Source: Lama guanicoe (lineage: Eukaryota). Taken from it: a stretch of 64,000 bases of DNA. Made by a program: the position numbers and the translations under genes. Positions within the stretch are counted from its first letter, which is position 1. Each line of letters starts with the position of its first letter. Under the pieces are notes generated by a model. That model was not told the origin of the DNA. It was given only the letters and a program-made list of their open reading frames with translations, and searched no databases. Positions 51,500-64,000 of the stretch are shown piece by piece. The stretch is from assembly GCA_013239625.1 (NCBI GenBank), contig MU054323.1, positions 6,189,220 through 6,253,219 of the forward strand, written 5' to 3'.

Positions 51500-54400
51500 G
51501 TCTCAAAAAGTTAAACATAAAACTAGTACACAGCCTAGAAATTCTACTTCTAGGTATCTACCCAAAAGAAATGAAAATATATGTCCACAGAAAGATGTGC
51601 ACATGAATATTCATAGCACCATCATTCATAATAGTTCAAACTGGAAACAACCAGATGTACCTAATGTGTAGTATACCATATAATTAACACTATTCAGCAA
51701 TAAAAAGGATGTATTTACTGACATGTGCTAAATCATAGATGTTCCTCAAAACCATCATACTTAGTCAAAGAAACCAGACACACGAGATCACATACTATAT
51801 GATCCCATTTATATGAAATGTCCAGAAAAGACAAGTTTGTAGAGACAGATTACTGGTAGATTACTAGTTGGCTGGGGAAAAGGAGGTGGGGGGTGCAGTA
51901 ACAAGGATTTACTGCAAAAACACATGATGGCTATTATAGGGGGAAGGAAAAGGTACTAAAACTGATTTATTCTAATGTTTGCACCATTCAGGATAGTTAT
52001 TTTAAAAATCATTGACTTTTACACTGGAAATGGATGAATGTTACCATACACAACTCAATAAAATAAATTTTAAAGGTTAAATAAAGGCTTTTACTGATAT
52101 GGAAACATGAAAGAATTTATGCCCTGTGGACCTTGGACCTACTATAAGAAATACAGGCAGAAAGAAAATTATAGCACATAGAAATACAGATATCCATGAA
52201 AAAATAAAGAAAATCAGAAATGATAACTACATGAGTAATTCTTTAAGATATTATTATCATCATCATTTAAATCTCTTTAAAAGACTGTATGGTATAAAAA
52301 ACATGTATGACAATGAGATAACAAAACTCAAGAGAAGAAACAGGGCAAGTGCACTATTTTAAGGTTTTCCACTACATGTGAAGTGGTAGATACTCGAAGG
52401 TAGATGGTACGAAGTTAAAGACATACACTATAAACCTTAAAACTACCATGAAAGTAATAAAACAGTCATAACTAATAAGCTAACAAAAGAAATATAATGA
52501 AGTCATAAAAATATTCAAGTAATCCAAAAGAAGGAAGAACAAGAAAAAATGGAACAGGAAACAGATGGACAAATAGATAGCCATCATAAAGATGATAAAC
52601 TTAAACCTAAATATATCTATAGTCACATTAACTGTAAATGCCTATTTTGGTGGAAATGGGTATATTCATTATCTTCACTATAGTTACAATTTCACAGGAA
52701 TATACATACGTTAAAAATTACCAAGTGTACTCTAAGTATGTCAATGCTTAAATGCTTTATGTAGTATAATGCTTTTATGTAGTATATATTGTGTATCAAT
52801 TATACCTCAATAAAGCAGCTTTAAAAAACTCAATAGTAAAATAAAAAGGAGATTCTAAAAGGCCTTCAAAAATTCTTTTTAGAAAAGCAATAAATGAGAA
52901 ACATAAAACAGACAAATAGAAAACATGAAATGGTAATGCCCAACTCATCCATGTCCATAATTACATAAAAAGTAATACATTAAATAATCAAATTAAACTG
53001 AAGAGATTGTCAGATTAAGAAAATAAGACCCAACTATATATTATCTATAAGGGAAACACTAAATATAAAGACACTAAAAGGTAGATAGTAATAAATTAAG
53101 AGAAAAAAATGTGACAAGCAAAAAACATCAGAAGTCTGGATTAGCTTAATTATTATCTAATGAACATAGATTTCAAAATAAAATGTATTAAAAAAAGATA
53201 AAGGGGTACATTTCATAATAAGAAGGGAACTTCAAAATAAAGACATACAATAATACATGTGTATGCACCCAATACAAAACTTCAAAATAAATGAAACAAA
53301 AACCAGTAGAACTAAAGAAACAATTCTACAATCATAGTTGGACATTTTAACACATCTCTCTGCCACTCATAAAATAACGAGACAAAAAAATCAGGAAAAA
53401 CACAAAAGATCCTGCATAACATTATTACAACCTTGTCTTACTTGATATATAGAATACTATACCACAAACAGAAGAATACAAATTCATAAGACAGACAATA
53501 CCTGGGACGTAAAGGAAACAGCAGTGAATTTAAAATGACTGTAAGAGTTATGGTCTCTGATGACAATAATATTAGAGAAACTAATATAATGTTTTATGTA
53601 AATTATATCTTAACAAAAAATTAAATTATAAGTAAATAATAATCAGGAAAAAATAAAATTTGTAAATTAAACAACACACTTCTAAATAATCATTGTGTCA
53701 AAGAAGAAATACGAGAGGAATTGGAAATCACTTTGAACTGTGTAATAATAAATATAGAAGAGGTCAAAAACAGGAATGAAGCTAAAGTAGTACTTAAAAG
53801 TAAACTTAGAGCTTTCAGTGCCTATATTAGAAAAGAAAAAAGTTTCAATCAAAATCTAAAATTCCATCTTAATAATCTGGAAAAAGAAAAAACTAAACCC
53901 AAAGCAAAGAGGGAAAAATAAAAATAAAAGCTAACAAAAGTCATGGAGAGACCTTAAATGTATATTGCTAAGTGAAAGAAGCCAACCTAAAAGAGTACAT
54001 ACAGGATGATTACAACTACACAGCATTCTGGAAAGGACAAAACTATGTAGATAGTAAAACAATCAGTAGTGCCAAGGGCTGAGTGGGTAGGATGGTGAGG
54101 GAAAGGAGGGATAAGCAGATAGAGCATAGAGGATTTTTAGGATGGTGAAAATACTCTGTATAGTACTATAATGATAAATACATGTCATTATACATTTGCC
54201 CAAATTCATAAAGTGCACAACACCAAGAGTAACTATGGTCTTTGTGTGATTATGATAGGTCAGGTTCTTCAACAAATGTACCCTCTGATAAAAGATGCTG
54301 ATAATGAGGGAGGCAATGTACATGTGCGGGCACAGAGTAAAGAGAAAATTTCTGTACCTTCCTCTCAATTTTGTTGTGAATTTAAAACTGCTCTTTAAAG

Positions 54401-55560
54401 AAGTTTTTTAAAAAAATTTTTAAAAACAAGATTGGAGAGGTCACACTAATTAGACTCAATACAAAGCTATTAAATAATCAAGGCAGTGGTGTAAGGATAA
54501 ACCTAAAGATCAGTGAAACCAAGTAACAAGTTTAGGAACAGACAACTTGATGGCCAATTTCTGACAAAGATGTCAAGTAATTCTACAAAGACAAGGTATT
54601 CTTTTCCATTAACAGTCCTGAAACAACTGGAGAAAAAAATGGAAAAAATAAACTGCAGTGTATACCTTGAGCCATCTACAAAAATTAACTCAAGCCCTTA
54701 CTTTATACTGACATATGTATGTTAACTTAAAATCAATCACTGACCAAAATTTAAGAGCTAAAACTACTAATAACAGAAGAAAATATAAAACTGTTGATAA
54801 TCTGGTTTAAGCAATTATTCTCAAGACACACAAAAAAAAATACACATAAAAAATTTTTATATCATGGGCTTCATCAAGATTAAAACCTTTTGTTTTTCAA
54901 AAAGTCATAGTTAAACAAGCAAAAAGACAAGCCAAACTAGTTGAAAACTTTTCAAAACATAGATCTGACGAGGGCTTACTTAAGTTTTGAGTATATAAAA
55001 AAAAATTTATAACACAGTAAGACATACAATATGACTTTTTTTAAAAGGGAATAAAATATTTTAAGAGACATTTCACAAAAGAAAATATATAAATGGGCAA
55101 TAAGCACATGCTAAGAAGCTCAATATTGTTAGTCATTGGGAAAATGCAGATTAATCCCCTACTACATACTGACTAGAATGGAGAAAAGTAAACAGAATAA
55201 AAATACCAGCCCAAATCCTCATACATTACAGGGAAAAACATAAAATGGTAAACCACTTTGGGAAACAGTATCAACTTAAACATACATTTACCATAGGATC
55301 CAGCCATTCCTCTCTTAGTTATTTACTCAACAGAAATGAAAAGATATACGCACATGAAAATGTATATGTAAATGTTCACAGTAGTATTATCATAAAAGCC
55401 AAAAATAGAAGCAACCTAATTCATCTATCAGGTGAATTAACAATTGTGGTACATATACACACAGACACAGACACACACAGAGCCCAAGGAATACTACTCA
55501 AAAATAAAAAAGAACAAGATATTAGTATACGTGATGGATAAATCTCAAAAACATTATTCT
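51500..55560 (+). mobile_element. Stack of older L1 fragments (ORF2 endonuclease region and several 3'UTRs)
   Basis: gacccaactatatattatcta, gtgtatgcacccaatac, acaatcatagttggacattttaac (endonuclease domain) and AKVVLKSKLRAFSAYIRKE. L1MB/MC-type 3'UTRs at about 51500-52075 and 53940-54400. Confidence 0.75.
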
Positions 55561-55564
55561 AAGT

Positions 55565-55790
55565 CAGAATTAGGCAACTTTTTCTGTAAAGGGCTAGAAA
55601 GTAAATGTGTTAGGTTTTGCAAGCCATATGATTTTTCTCTCACAACTTCTCCTTTAACTCTGCTCTTGTAATGCAAAAGCAGCCATATATAATGCAAAAA
55701 GGAATGAGAGTGGCTGTGTTCCAATAAAACTTCATTTACAAAAGCAGTGAGTTTAGATTTGGCCCATAGGTTGTGGTTTGCTGACTCCTG
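55565..55790. mobile_element. MER58A-like hAT-Charlie MITE
   Basis: ggcaactttttctgtaaagggc...ggctgtgttccaataaaacttcatttacaaaa...tttgctgactcctg, flanked by ttctaagt / tgctaaag. Confidence 0.88.
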
Positions 55791-55920
55791 TGCTAAAGAA
55801 GTCTTCCTCAAGAACACAGATCGTATCTTTTAAGCCTCATAGCACTTATCCAAGGGTTAAATCTAAATACTATGTCAACAAATGAAAAGAATTCAACATA
55901 ATCAGATTAGGAAAAATTAC

Positions 55921-56009
55921 CTGTGGATCTGATCTTGTCTGCTAGAGCGAACTGGCGCTAATCCATCTATCTCATCAAAAAATATTATAGATGGTCTCAT
56001 CAAATATGC
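55921..56009 (-). CDS. ATAD2B: ATAD2B coding exon, window exon 2 (AAA1 Walker B)
   Basis: Not in the ORF track; read by hand. Acceptor tatacTAG|GCA, donor CAG|GTAATT; 89 nt. Encodes AYLMRPSIIFFDEIDGLAPVRSSRQDQIH(S), with Walker B IIFFDE. Phases fit both neighbours. Confidence 0.96.
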
Positions 56010-57254
56010 CTAGTATAAAAAGAAAACAAACATTATTATATTAGTTTTCATTTCTAATTTAATTACTCTGTTTTTCTAATAGGTAATATAACCAAATGGT
56101 ACAACATACAGCAGGTAAGAAAGATTAAACAATAATAAGAAAGGCTCCTTACTACCCTAGTCTCCAACCAACCACAAGATCCTCTCCCAGTAGGCGATTA
56201 CTGTTTTCAGTTTGTTCTTCCATATATCATTTATACACATACAAAAAAATGTATTTTTTAAATACACTACTTTATTTAATACATTTGAACACACTATACA
56301 CATTGCTTTCATCACAGCCTATTTTATGTAACAAGATATTTTAATTAGCTTCCATGTAAGTATATAAAGAGCTGCTTCATTCTTTTTTAATAGCTACAAA
56401 ATGCCCCACTGTATGTACATGCCATAATTAAAAAAGACTCCCCTATTCATGGATATTTAAGCTTTCAATCTCTTCCTATTATCTACAATGCTAGAATAAA
56501 TATTTGTGTACATGAGTATAAACATATCAAAATTTTAAAAGTTTAAAGTGAAACTACTGGTTCAAAACGCATGTGTCATTTCTAATTTAGGTTATCTGCA
56601 AACTGCCTTCCATTGATGTACCAGTTTAGCCTTCTCACCAGAAATATTTTAGTGCTCACCAACAATGTATTACCAAATTTCTTGTTCTTGACTAATTTTT
56701 TAGGGTAAAGGATGTTATCTCATTTTCATTCTAATTTTTACTTCTATTATCAGTGAAGGTGAATATTTTTAATACCTTAAAGAGCCATTTATATTGCTTT
56801 TTCTATGTAAGTTTGACAATTTTCCATTGGATCATTGATCTTCTGCTTACTGATTTCTAGGAGCTATTTATTTAAAAGTTAGACTCTGTGAAAGGAAACA
56901 CAAATCTTTTTCTGCAGGGGATCTCACTTATCTTTTGGTTTTGCTTACCATTATTTTGTTGCCATGCAGAATCTAGAAAAAGATCTTATACAGTGGATCA
57001 TTTCATCCATAGTCAACACTCTCCCTACTCTGATTTGAAACAAATTTCTTCATAGTTTTCTTCTGGTACTTTTACAGTAATATTTTTCTCACTTAAATCT
57101 TAGATCTAAGCAGAAACTTAATTTAACTGAAATGATTACAAATGAAAACTCTGTTACTCAAATTACTCAAATTAATAGTTGACTTTTGTTTCAGAATTAC
57201 TTATAGCAAATTCTTGGTTCACAGGCAGGTCAGCTTATTAAAGAAAGGGTACAG

Positions 57255-57413
57255 GCAGAGGATATAGCTCAAAGTGGTAGAGCACACGCTTAGCATGCAT
57301 GAGGTCCTGGGTTCAACCCCTAGTACCTCCTCTAAAAAGTAAGTAAATAAATAAACCTAAGTACATCCCTCCCCCACAAAACAAAATAAATAAATAAATA
57401 AACCTAAAAAAAA
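57255..57413 (+). mobile_element. tRNA-Ala-derived SINE (Vic-1 type, long form)
   Basis: atagctcaaagtggtagagcacacgcttagcatgcatgaggtcctgggttcaacccc (tRNA-Ala-like head) plus (aaat)n tail. TSD aaagggtacag at 57244-57254 and 57414-57424. Confidence 0.92.
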
Positions 57414-57663
57414 AAAGGGTACAGATTTTTCCTTTCTCTCTGACTGCTATGATATTCATTAACCTTTCTAGTATTCTGTAATAATTTTAACTGAAAGATC
57501 AACCACAAACCTTATGTTTCAGAAAAGAACTTTGTAAGACTAGAATTATGTAAGACAAGAAGAGTAAAGAGTTGACTATTACTTTTACATAAATGAAACA
57601 CACAGCTCTATTTTAGAACTATAGCCTCACACAATTGCAAGAAGCAAGCATAGTATTTTTAAT

Positions 57664-57812
57664 AAGTTTTTTTTAATAATTTTACTTTATTTTTTGTTGG
57701 GGGAGGTGATTAGGTTTACTTATGCATTTATTTTTAGACAAGGTACTGGGGATTGAACCCAGGACCTTGTGTTTGCTAAGCATGAACTCTACCACTTGAC
57801 TATATCCTCTCC
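57664..57812 (-). mobile_element. tRNA-Ala-derived SINE (Vic-1 type, long form)
   Basis: Reverse complement of the same family. TSD aag(c/t)a(t/c)agtatttttaat at 57646-57663 and 57813-57830. Confidence 0.9.
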
Positions 57813-58417
57813 AAGTACAGTATTTTTAATGCCAGTTATTGTGATAAGCACTTTACCGTTGACCTCTGAACGAGTTTGAACTTTGAGAGTCTACTTATAC
57901 ATGTATTTTTTTTCAAAAAAATACATAGGAATAAATTGGGGGAGATTTATGACAATTTGAAAAGACGCACAGACAAATTATACAGCCCAGAAATACTGAA
58001 AAATTTAAGCACAAAGTATGTGACGGATGCACAAAATATATGTAGATACTAAGCTATCATTTACTACCATAAAATATACATAAGTTATAAAAAGTTAAAA
58101 ATCTATCAAAACTTACGTGATAAACATTGTACATGGCACCATTTGCAGTCCAGAGAAATGTACAAAGATGCAGGACTAAATAATAACTGTATAAAATTAA
58201 CCACAGTACATACTGTACTACTATAATAATTTCTTAGCCACCTCCTATTACTATAGCACTGAGCTCAAGTGTTGGGACTATCTGCTCTAAATGCTATGTG
58301 ATGCTAATCTAACCTCCTCATGAGCAGTTCATCTCTCTAGTAAATTACAATACATATCGCAGTAAAAAGTGATCTCTCCCAGATCTTCTGTGTTTCTCTT
58401 CCTGTTTACTGCAATAC

Positions 58418-59969
58418 GAGTTCCCTTTTCTCCACACTCTCTCCAGCATTTATCGTTTGTGGACTTTTTAATAATGGCCATTCCAACCGGTATAGCTTTG
58501 ATTGTAGTTTTGATTTGCATTTTTCTGATAATTAGTGATATTGAGCATTTTTTCATGTGCCTATTGGCCATCTGTATGTCTTCACTGGAGAATTGTTTGT
58601 TTTGGTCTTCTGCCCATTTTTAGATTGGGTTGTTTTGTTTTGTTTTGTTGTTATTAAGTTATACGAGCTGTTTATATATACTGGAAATTAAGCTCTTGTC
58701 AGTTGCATTGTTTGTAAATATTTTCTCCCATTCTGTAGGTTGTCTTTTTGTTTTGCTTATGGTTTCCTTTGCTGTGAAAAAGCTTTTAAGTTTAATTAGG
58801 TCCCATTTGCTTATTTTTGCTTTTATTTCTATTGCCTGTGTAGACCACCCTAGGAGAATATTCCTAAGACTTATATCAGAAAATGTTTTCTTCTAGGAAG
58901 TTTACAGTGTCTTGTCTATGTTTAAGTCTTTAAGCTATTTTGAGTTTCTTTTTGTGTATGGCATGAGGGAGTGTTCTAACTTCATTGATTTATATGTGGC
59001 TATCTGGTTTTCCCAACACCGCTTGCGGAAGAGACTGTCTTGTCTCTATTATTCTTACCTCCTTTGTCAAAGATTAACTGATCATAAGTCTGTGGGCTTA
59101 TTTCTGGGCTCTCTATTCTGTTCCTCTGATCCATATGTCTGTTTTTGTGCCAACAACATGCTGTTTTGATTACTGTAGCTCTGTAGTATTGTCTGAAATC
59201 TGGGAGGATTATTCCTCCAGCTTCATTCTTTTCCTTCAGTATTGTTTTGGCAATTCTAGGTCTGTTGTAATTCCATACAAACTTCAGGATTATTTGTTCT
59301 AGTTCTGTGAACAATGTCATAGGTAATTTGTTAGGGGTTGCATTAAATCCGTATATTGCTTTGGGCAGTATGGCCATTTTAACAATATTAATTCTTCCAA
59401 TCCAACAGCACAGGATATCTTTCCATTTCTTTAAGTCATCTTTAATTTCTTTAATCAATGTTTTGTAGTTCTCTGTGTATAAGTCTTTCACCTCCTTGGT
59501 CAGATTTATTGCTAAGTGTTTTATTTTTTTGAATGCAATTTTAAAAGGGGTTGTTTCTTTACTTTCCTTTTCTGATATTTCATTGTTAGTGTAAAGAAAT
59601 CAACTAATTTCTCTATTAATCTTGTATCCTGCTACCTTGCCAAATTCTTTTATCAGCTCTAGTGGTTTCTGTGTGGAGCCTTTAGGGTTTTTGATAGAGT
59701 ATCATGTCATCTGCATACAGTGACAATTTTACCTCTTCTCTTCCAATTTAGATGCCTTTTATTTCTCTTCCTTGTCTGACTGCAATGGCTAGGACTTCCA
59801 ATACTGTGTTGAATAGAAGTGGTGAGAGTGGGCATCCTTGTCTTGTTCCAGATTTTAGTGGTAAGGCTTTCAACTTTTCACTGCTGAGTATTATGTGGGC
59901 TGTGGGTTTGTCATAAATAGCTTTTATTATGTTGAGATATGTTCCCTCTATACCCACTTTGGTTAAGAG
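58418..59969 (-). mobile_element. Internal L1 ORF2 fragment (RT to Cys-rich region), relatively young
   Basis: [19 protein letters not shown]...[26 protein letters not shown]...[31 protein letters not shown]. Has stops and frameshifts, and no 3'UTR or poly(A). Confidence 0.95.
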
Positions 59970-59970
59970 C

Positions 59971-61045
59971 TAAACAGGTTTTTAATGTAGATGACAGTAC
60001 CCCAGCTCTATTCTGAGAAAAAAAAAAAAGCCACAAAGGACACTTATTAGCAAGAAAGACAGGTGAGCACCAGGATTTAAGGCTGGAAGGGATAGGCTAG
60101 TAACTCCAGTGTTCTGTGCAAATGCAGTCACAGTCACGATCAGGACTACCTTTATCTATTAAGCTGCTAACCCCCAGATGCGAAGGGAAAAGGTAAACAC
60201 CAGCTGCCAGTCTTTTGGTTGTACAAGAAGAAGGCCTGAACAATGAGAACCCTTTTTTGGGCTGGTTCCATCGATGCTTTGTCCCTGAAGTCAGGAAGCA
60301 CCTTTCCAGTAAGAGACTGATTTTTAAAGTTCTCTTGATATTGGACAATGCCCCTGGCTACCCAGAACCCCATGAGTTCAATACCAAAGGTGTCGAAGTG
60401 ACCTACTTGCCCCTAAATACAACATCTCTAATTCAGCCTCTCAATCAAGGGTCATAAGGATCTTTAAGTCTCATTATACACAACACTCTATTGAAAGAAT
60501 TGTGAACACTATGGAAGAGAACCCCAATAGAGAGAACATCATGAATGTGTGGAAGGATTACATCACTGACGACGTCATCATTGTTAGAGAAAAAGCCGTG
60601 AAAGCCATCAAGCCCAAAACAATAAATCCCTGCTGGAGAAAACTGGAGATGTTCTGTATACACAGGATTTACGACAGTCAATAAAGGGAATCATGAAAGA
60701 GATTGTAGATGTGGCAACAAAGGTGGGGGGTGATGGGTTTCAAGATATGAATCTTGGAGGAATTCAAGAGCTAAGAGACATTAACAGAAGATGAACTAAT
60801 GGATATGAATGCCTCCAAACCTGTGCCAGGAAATGAGAAAGAAGACATAGAAGAAGCAGTGCCAGAAAACAAACTAACTTTAGACAACCTAGCAGAAGGT
60901 CTCTGACTATTCAAGACTGCTTCTGACTTCTTTTACAACATGGACCCTTCAATGATACAGGCACTGAAACTAAAGCAAACCGTGGGAAAAGGATTGGCAC
61001 CATATAGAAACATTTTTAGAAAAATGAAAAAGCAAAAAAGTTAGG
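59971..61045 (+). pseudogene. Decayed Tigger/pogo DDD transposase (CENP-B-like catalytic domain)
   Basis: QVFNVDD, WFHRCFVPEV...KVLLILDNAPG...YLPLNTTSLIQPLNQG and INPCWRKL in broken frames. The third catalytic Asp position reads Asn. Confidence 0.9.
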
Positions 61046-62364
61046 CAGAAATTACATGTATTTCCACAAAGTTAAAGCAAGGTGCTTGCCTATCCTGCCT
61101 CTCCTTCCAACTCCTCCACCTCTTCAGCCTCTGCCACCCCTGAGATAGCATTTCCAAACTGTCCTCTTTCTCCTCCTTCTTAGCTTAGTCAACATGAAGA
61201 CAATGAAGATGAAGACCTTTATGATGACCCACTTCCATTTAATGAATAGTGAACAATCATCATGCTGTACAGTTAAATTTATCTATTATGTACTTGTGTC
61301 ACCATGTGAAAAATCTAATAACTGTACAGCTAAAACTGTGTGATGTATTTTTGTGTCATATCATCACTTAAGTAATCATTATGTAGAATGAGTGCAAGAC
61401 TTGTACTGAAACAGTCTATCCTTACTATGTATAAGGTGAATGATATTTAATAGAAAAATTAAAAATGTGTTAGTTTTCTTAGTTTTATAACTTTGCTTTC
61501 AGAGAATTACATTACCATATAGCATGCCCCTCTCACTTGTAATTGGAGAAACTGCATATCAGCAAATCAACACGGGTAAGAGTTTTTTCCTAATACAGCA
61601 ATGTTTCCAATACTGTATTAAGAATATGACTGTAATATTGTATACCATAAAAATTTAATAACAATTCATTCACTAGTGTATAGGCTAGGCTACTGTGAAA
61701 CAATCTTATCAATTACACAAGGCTACTGTAAAGTAGTCATACTGCTCCTTCTTCATTATCAATACACAATACCTATAAATAAATGTGAATGTCTTTTTCA
61801 TATTATCTTTTCATTTCTGATGCCTAGTGTTAGTCATATGTATAACATCTACAGTGTTCTGTACCATATAAGACAATATTGATGTAGGCTGAAAGACAAT
61901 TTATTTTGTAATCAGGCAACGTAAACTTTCAGTGTATACTCTCTTCCTTATCATTTTCTTAACATTTTCTTCTCTCTAGCTTACCTCATTGTAAGAATAC
62001 AGTATATACTACATAATACAAAGCATGTGTTCACCAACTGTTTACGTTAGTGGTAAGGCTTCCAGTCAACAGTAGGCTATTCGTAATTAAGTTTAGGGGG
62101 AGTCAAAAGTTATACACAGATTTTCAACTACACAGAGGTTGGTGCCCCTAATCCCCACACTGTTCAAGGGTCAACTGTATATACTTCCTTTCAGTGAAAA
62201 CTCACAGTAGTCCAGTGAGATAGTTATTACTCCCCCCATTTTACAGAAGAGGCAAACAAGGATCAGATGCTTTCATTCACTTAAAGTTATACAGTTACTA
62301 GTAAAGTCAGATGAACTAACATATTTCTGACACCGTAGGTCAAACTCTTGGTCAATATACAGTA

Positions 62365-62572
62365 CAGACGTCCCATGGTATCCGGGGGGGATTGATTCCA
62401 ACACCCCACGCAGATACCAAATACAAGGATGCTCAAGTCCCGTATATAAAATGGCATAATACAGTTGGCCCTCCACATCCACAAATTCCACATCTGTGGA
62501 TTCAAGGAACCACAGATCAAATTGTTGCCTGAATCTGTGGATGTGAAACCAGCAGATATGGAGGGCTGATTG
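62365..62572. mobile_element. MER2-like Tigger-family MITE
   Basis: TA|cagacgtcccatggtatcc...ggatgctcaagtcccgtatataaaatgg...gatatggagggctgattg|TA. Confidence 0.8.
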
Positions 62573-63787
62573 TACCTCGTTACTTTCATTTGGTACACAG
62601 AGCATGTCCTTAATTCAGGAAATGTAGACCCTTTCACTTAAAAAGACACTAATGACGATCAGTAGTATTTTTTTTAAAGGAAGCAAACATTCCAACTACT
62701 CTTATCCACAAAGAAAACTATGAAACAGAAATAAATACTGATTTTAAAAGCAGCATGATTTATGCTATGGTTTTGAATGAAACCAAGAGACATTCATACT
62801 CTCAGCATGAGTGGCAAAAGTATAACTCTGTCAAAAATTTAAAATTAAGTCACTGGACAATTTGCCAGCATTCCCAAGCTAACTCTTTCCTAAACCACCA
62901 ATGTTATTTTATATTATTTTCCAATTCTTATTAAAGTCTCTTGAAGCATGAAGACGGCATATGTTTGACTTCCCAATAAACACTGAGCACCTCGATGGTA
63001 AAATTTTTACTTTATTCCTCTTTCTAGATCCACTATCTAGAACACAGCAGTTTTCAATTCTAACAGTAAAAATAATACCTGAAATGCTTTACCAGTTACA
63101 AAGGACTTTGATACACATCAAATCAGTAATGATTGCTCAACAGATGCTTGTTGAATTTTTTTTAATTTTATGTGGATTTCCTTAGATATAATGAAATATA
63201 AGTTGCATTGCCAAATATGAATGACTTTCTTTAGTAGCTCAAATAATTAAAAGTGAATTTTCATCCAGACTAATTTTTATGAGTATTAAGAAATATTTTT
63301 AAAGTTACTGTCATATATAAAGAGTAAAAGTAGCCTACATGGTGTTTACCCACCTTACTCTGCCTTTTAAAAGCATTCATTTATTACTGAATTCTTCTAG
63401 CACCATATTTACAACCAATGAAAATAAATAACATACAGTTTTGTGAGATTTCTTGCACAGATATTTAACTTTTTATGCTTGCTCTATTTCCTCAATTTTA
63501 ATCTAGTGATACATATGTTATACCCAGGGTTTTCAAGAGCACTTAACATGGTATTATATGCCTAGTAGCCACCCCAATAAATGTTTTGTGAATCATCTTA
63601 GTCATTTTAGCATCCATCTTAGCAGTGAAACTGCTATTAAATATCTAAGCATACAAATTTAGACCACTGACCCTAAATTTAACATACTGATTAGAAAATA
63701 TGCTTTGTCATGAACAGTTTGTATTTATAGACTAAACATATTAAATATTCTAAAGAAGACATTCTCATATTAGCTGACTTCACTTAC

Positions 63788-63962
63788 CTGATCAAAAAGA
63801 AGCCTAAGCTGCCGCTCAGATTCACCAACCCACTTACTTAGACAGTCTGCTCCTTTTCGCATAAAAAAAGCTACCTTTTTGTCTCCTTGACTGCACTCAT
63901 TCGCTAGCGCTCTGGCAACCAAGGTTTTACCTGTGCCAGGAGGGCCATAAAACAAACAGCCC
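63788..63962 (-). CDS. ATAD2B: ATAD2B coding exon, window exon 1 (AAA1 Walker A)
   Basis: Acceptor ttcctctAG|G, donor CAG|GTAAGT; 175 nt. Encodes (R)GCLFYGPPGTGKTLVARALANECSQGDKKVAFFMRKGADCLSKWVGESERQLRLLFDQ, with Walker A GPPGTGKT and pore loop SKWVGE. Confidence 0.97.
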
Positions 63963-64000
63963 CTAGAGGAATAAAGAATCAACAAAAGTAAATTAATGTT

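Larger units (their letters stand above)
57856..62177 (+). mobile_element. Long Tigger2 (Tigger2f-like) pogo-family DNA transposon with both ends, interrupted by L1
   Basis: TA|ccgttgacctctgaac ... tgttcaagggtcaactg|TA terminal inverted repeats, with transposase remnants inside. Confidence 0.9.

Noticed and set aside
57258..57330. tRNA-Ala gene
   Set aside because: The tRNA-like head is followed by a SINE tail and TSD, and related copies recur in the window.
59000..59491. Longest ORF in the track (163 aa) as a gene
   Set aside because: It is an L1 ORF2 fragment flanked by stops and frameshifts, not a host gene or an intact element.
60215..60684. TIGD/CENP-B-like domesticated transposase gene
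   Set aside because: Frames are broken, the N-terminus is missing, a catalytic Asp is lost, and it lies within intact Tigger2 termini, so it is a fossil transposon.
5003..63185. The many 60-110 aa ORFs rich in F/L/I/K
   Set aside because: Expected by chance in AT-rich intron and decayed L1; many start at TTG or GTG and none has recognisable domains or exon structure.

Overview
AT-rich mammalian genomic DNA, probably camelid because it carries tRNA-Ala-derived Vic-1-type SINEs. The whole window lies inside ATAD2B (AAA+ ATPase/bromodomain chromatin factor) on the minus strand. I traced 11 consecutive GT-AG coding exons between 63962 and 3316 (1829 nt). Their splice phases join into one open frame running from AAA1 (Walker A, Walker B, Arg finger) through the degenerate AAA2 into the bromodomain. 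Both ends of the gene lie outside the window. The introns are mostly old repeats: L1, L2, MIR, Tigger, hAT-Charlie and a solo LTR. I see no prokaryotic-type system. The best leads are: (1) a CpG-retaining intronic fragment at about 42.17-42.6 kb that, after two compensating frameshifts, reads as an L1 ORF1p C-terminal domain of non-mammalian style; (2) a set of unproductive-splicing candidates, namely a 54-nt stop-ending cassette exon, a tandemly duplicated acceptor, a UG-repeat acceptor and a weak donor inside the bromodomain; (3) unusual retrotransposition scars, namely a triple target-site duplication and a doubly truncated L1 inside a Tigger2 element. Repeat subfamily names come from recalled consensus sequences, not a database search, and repeat boundaries without a stated TSD are approximate.
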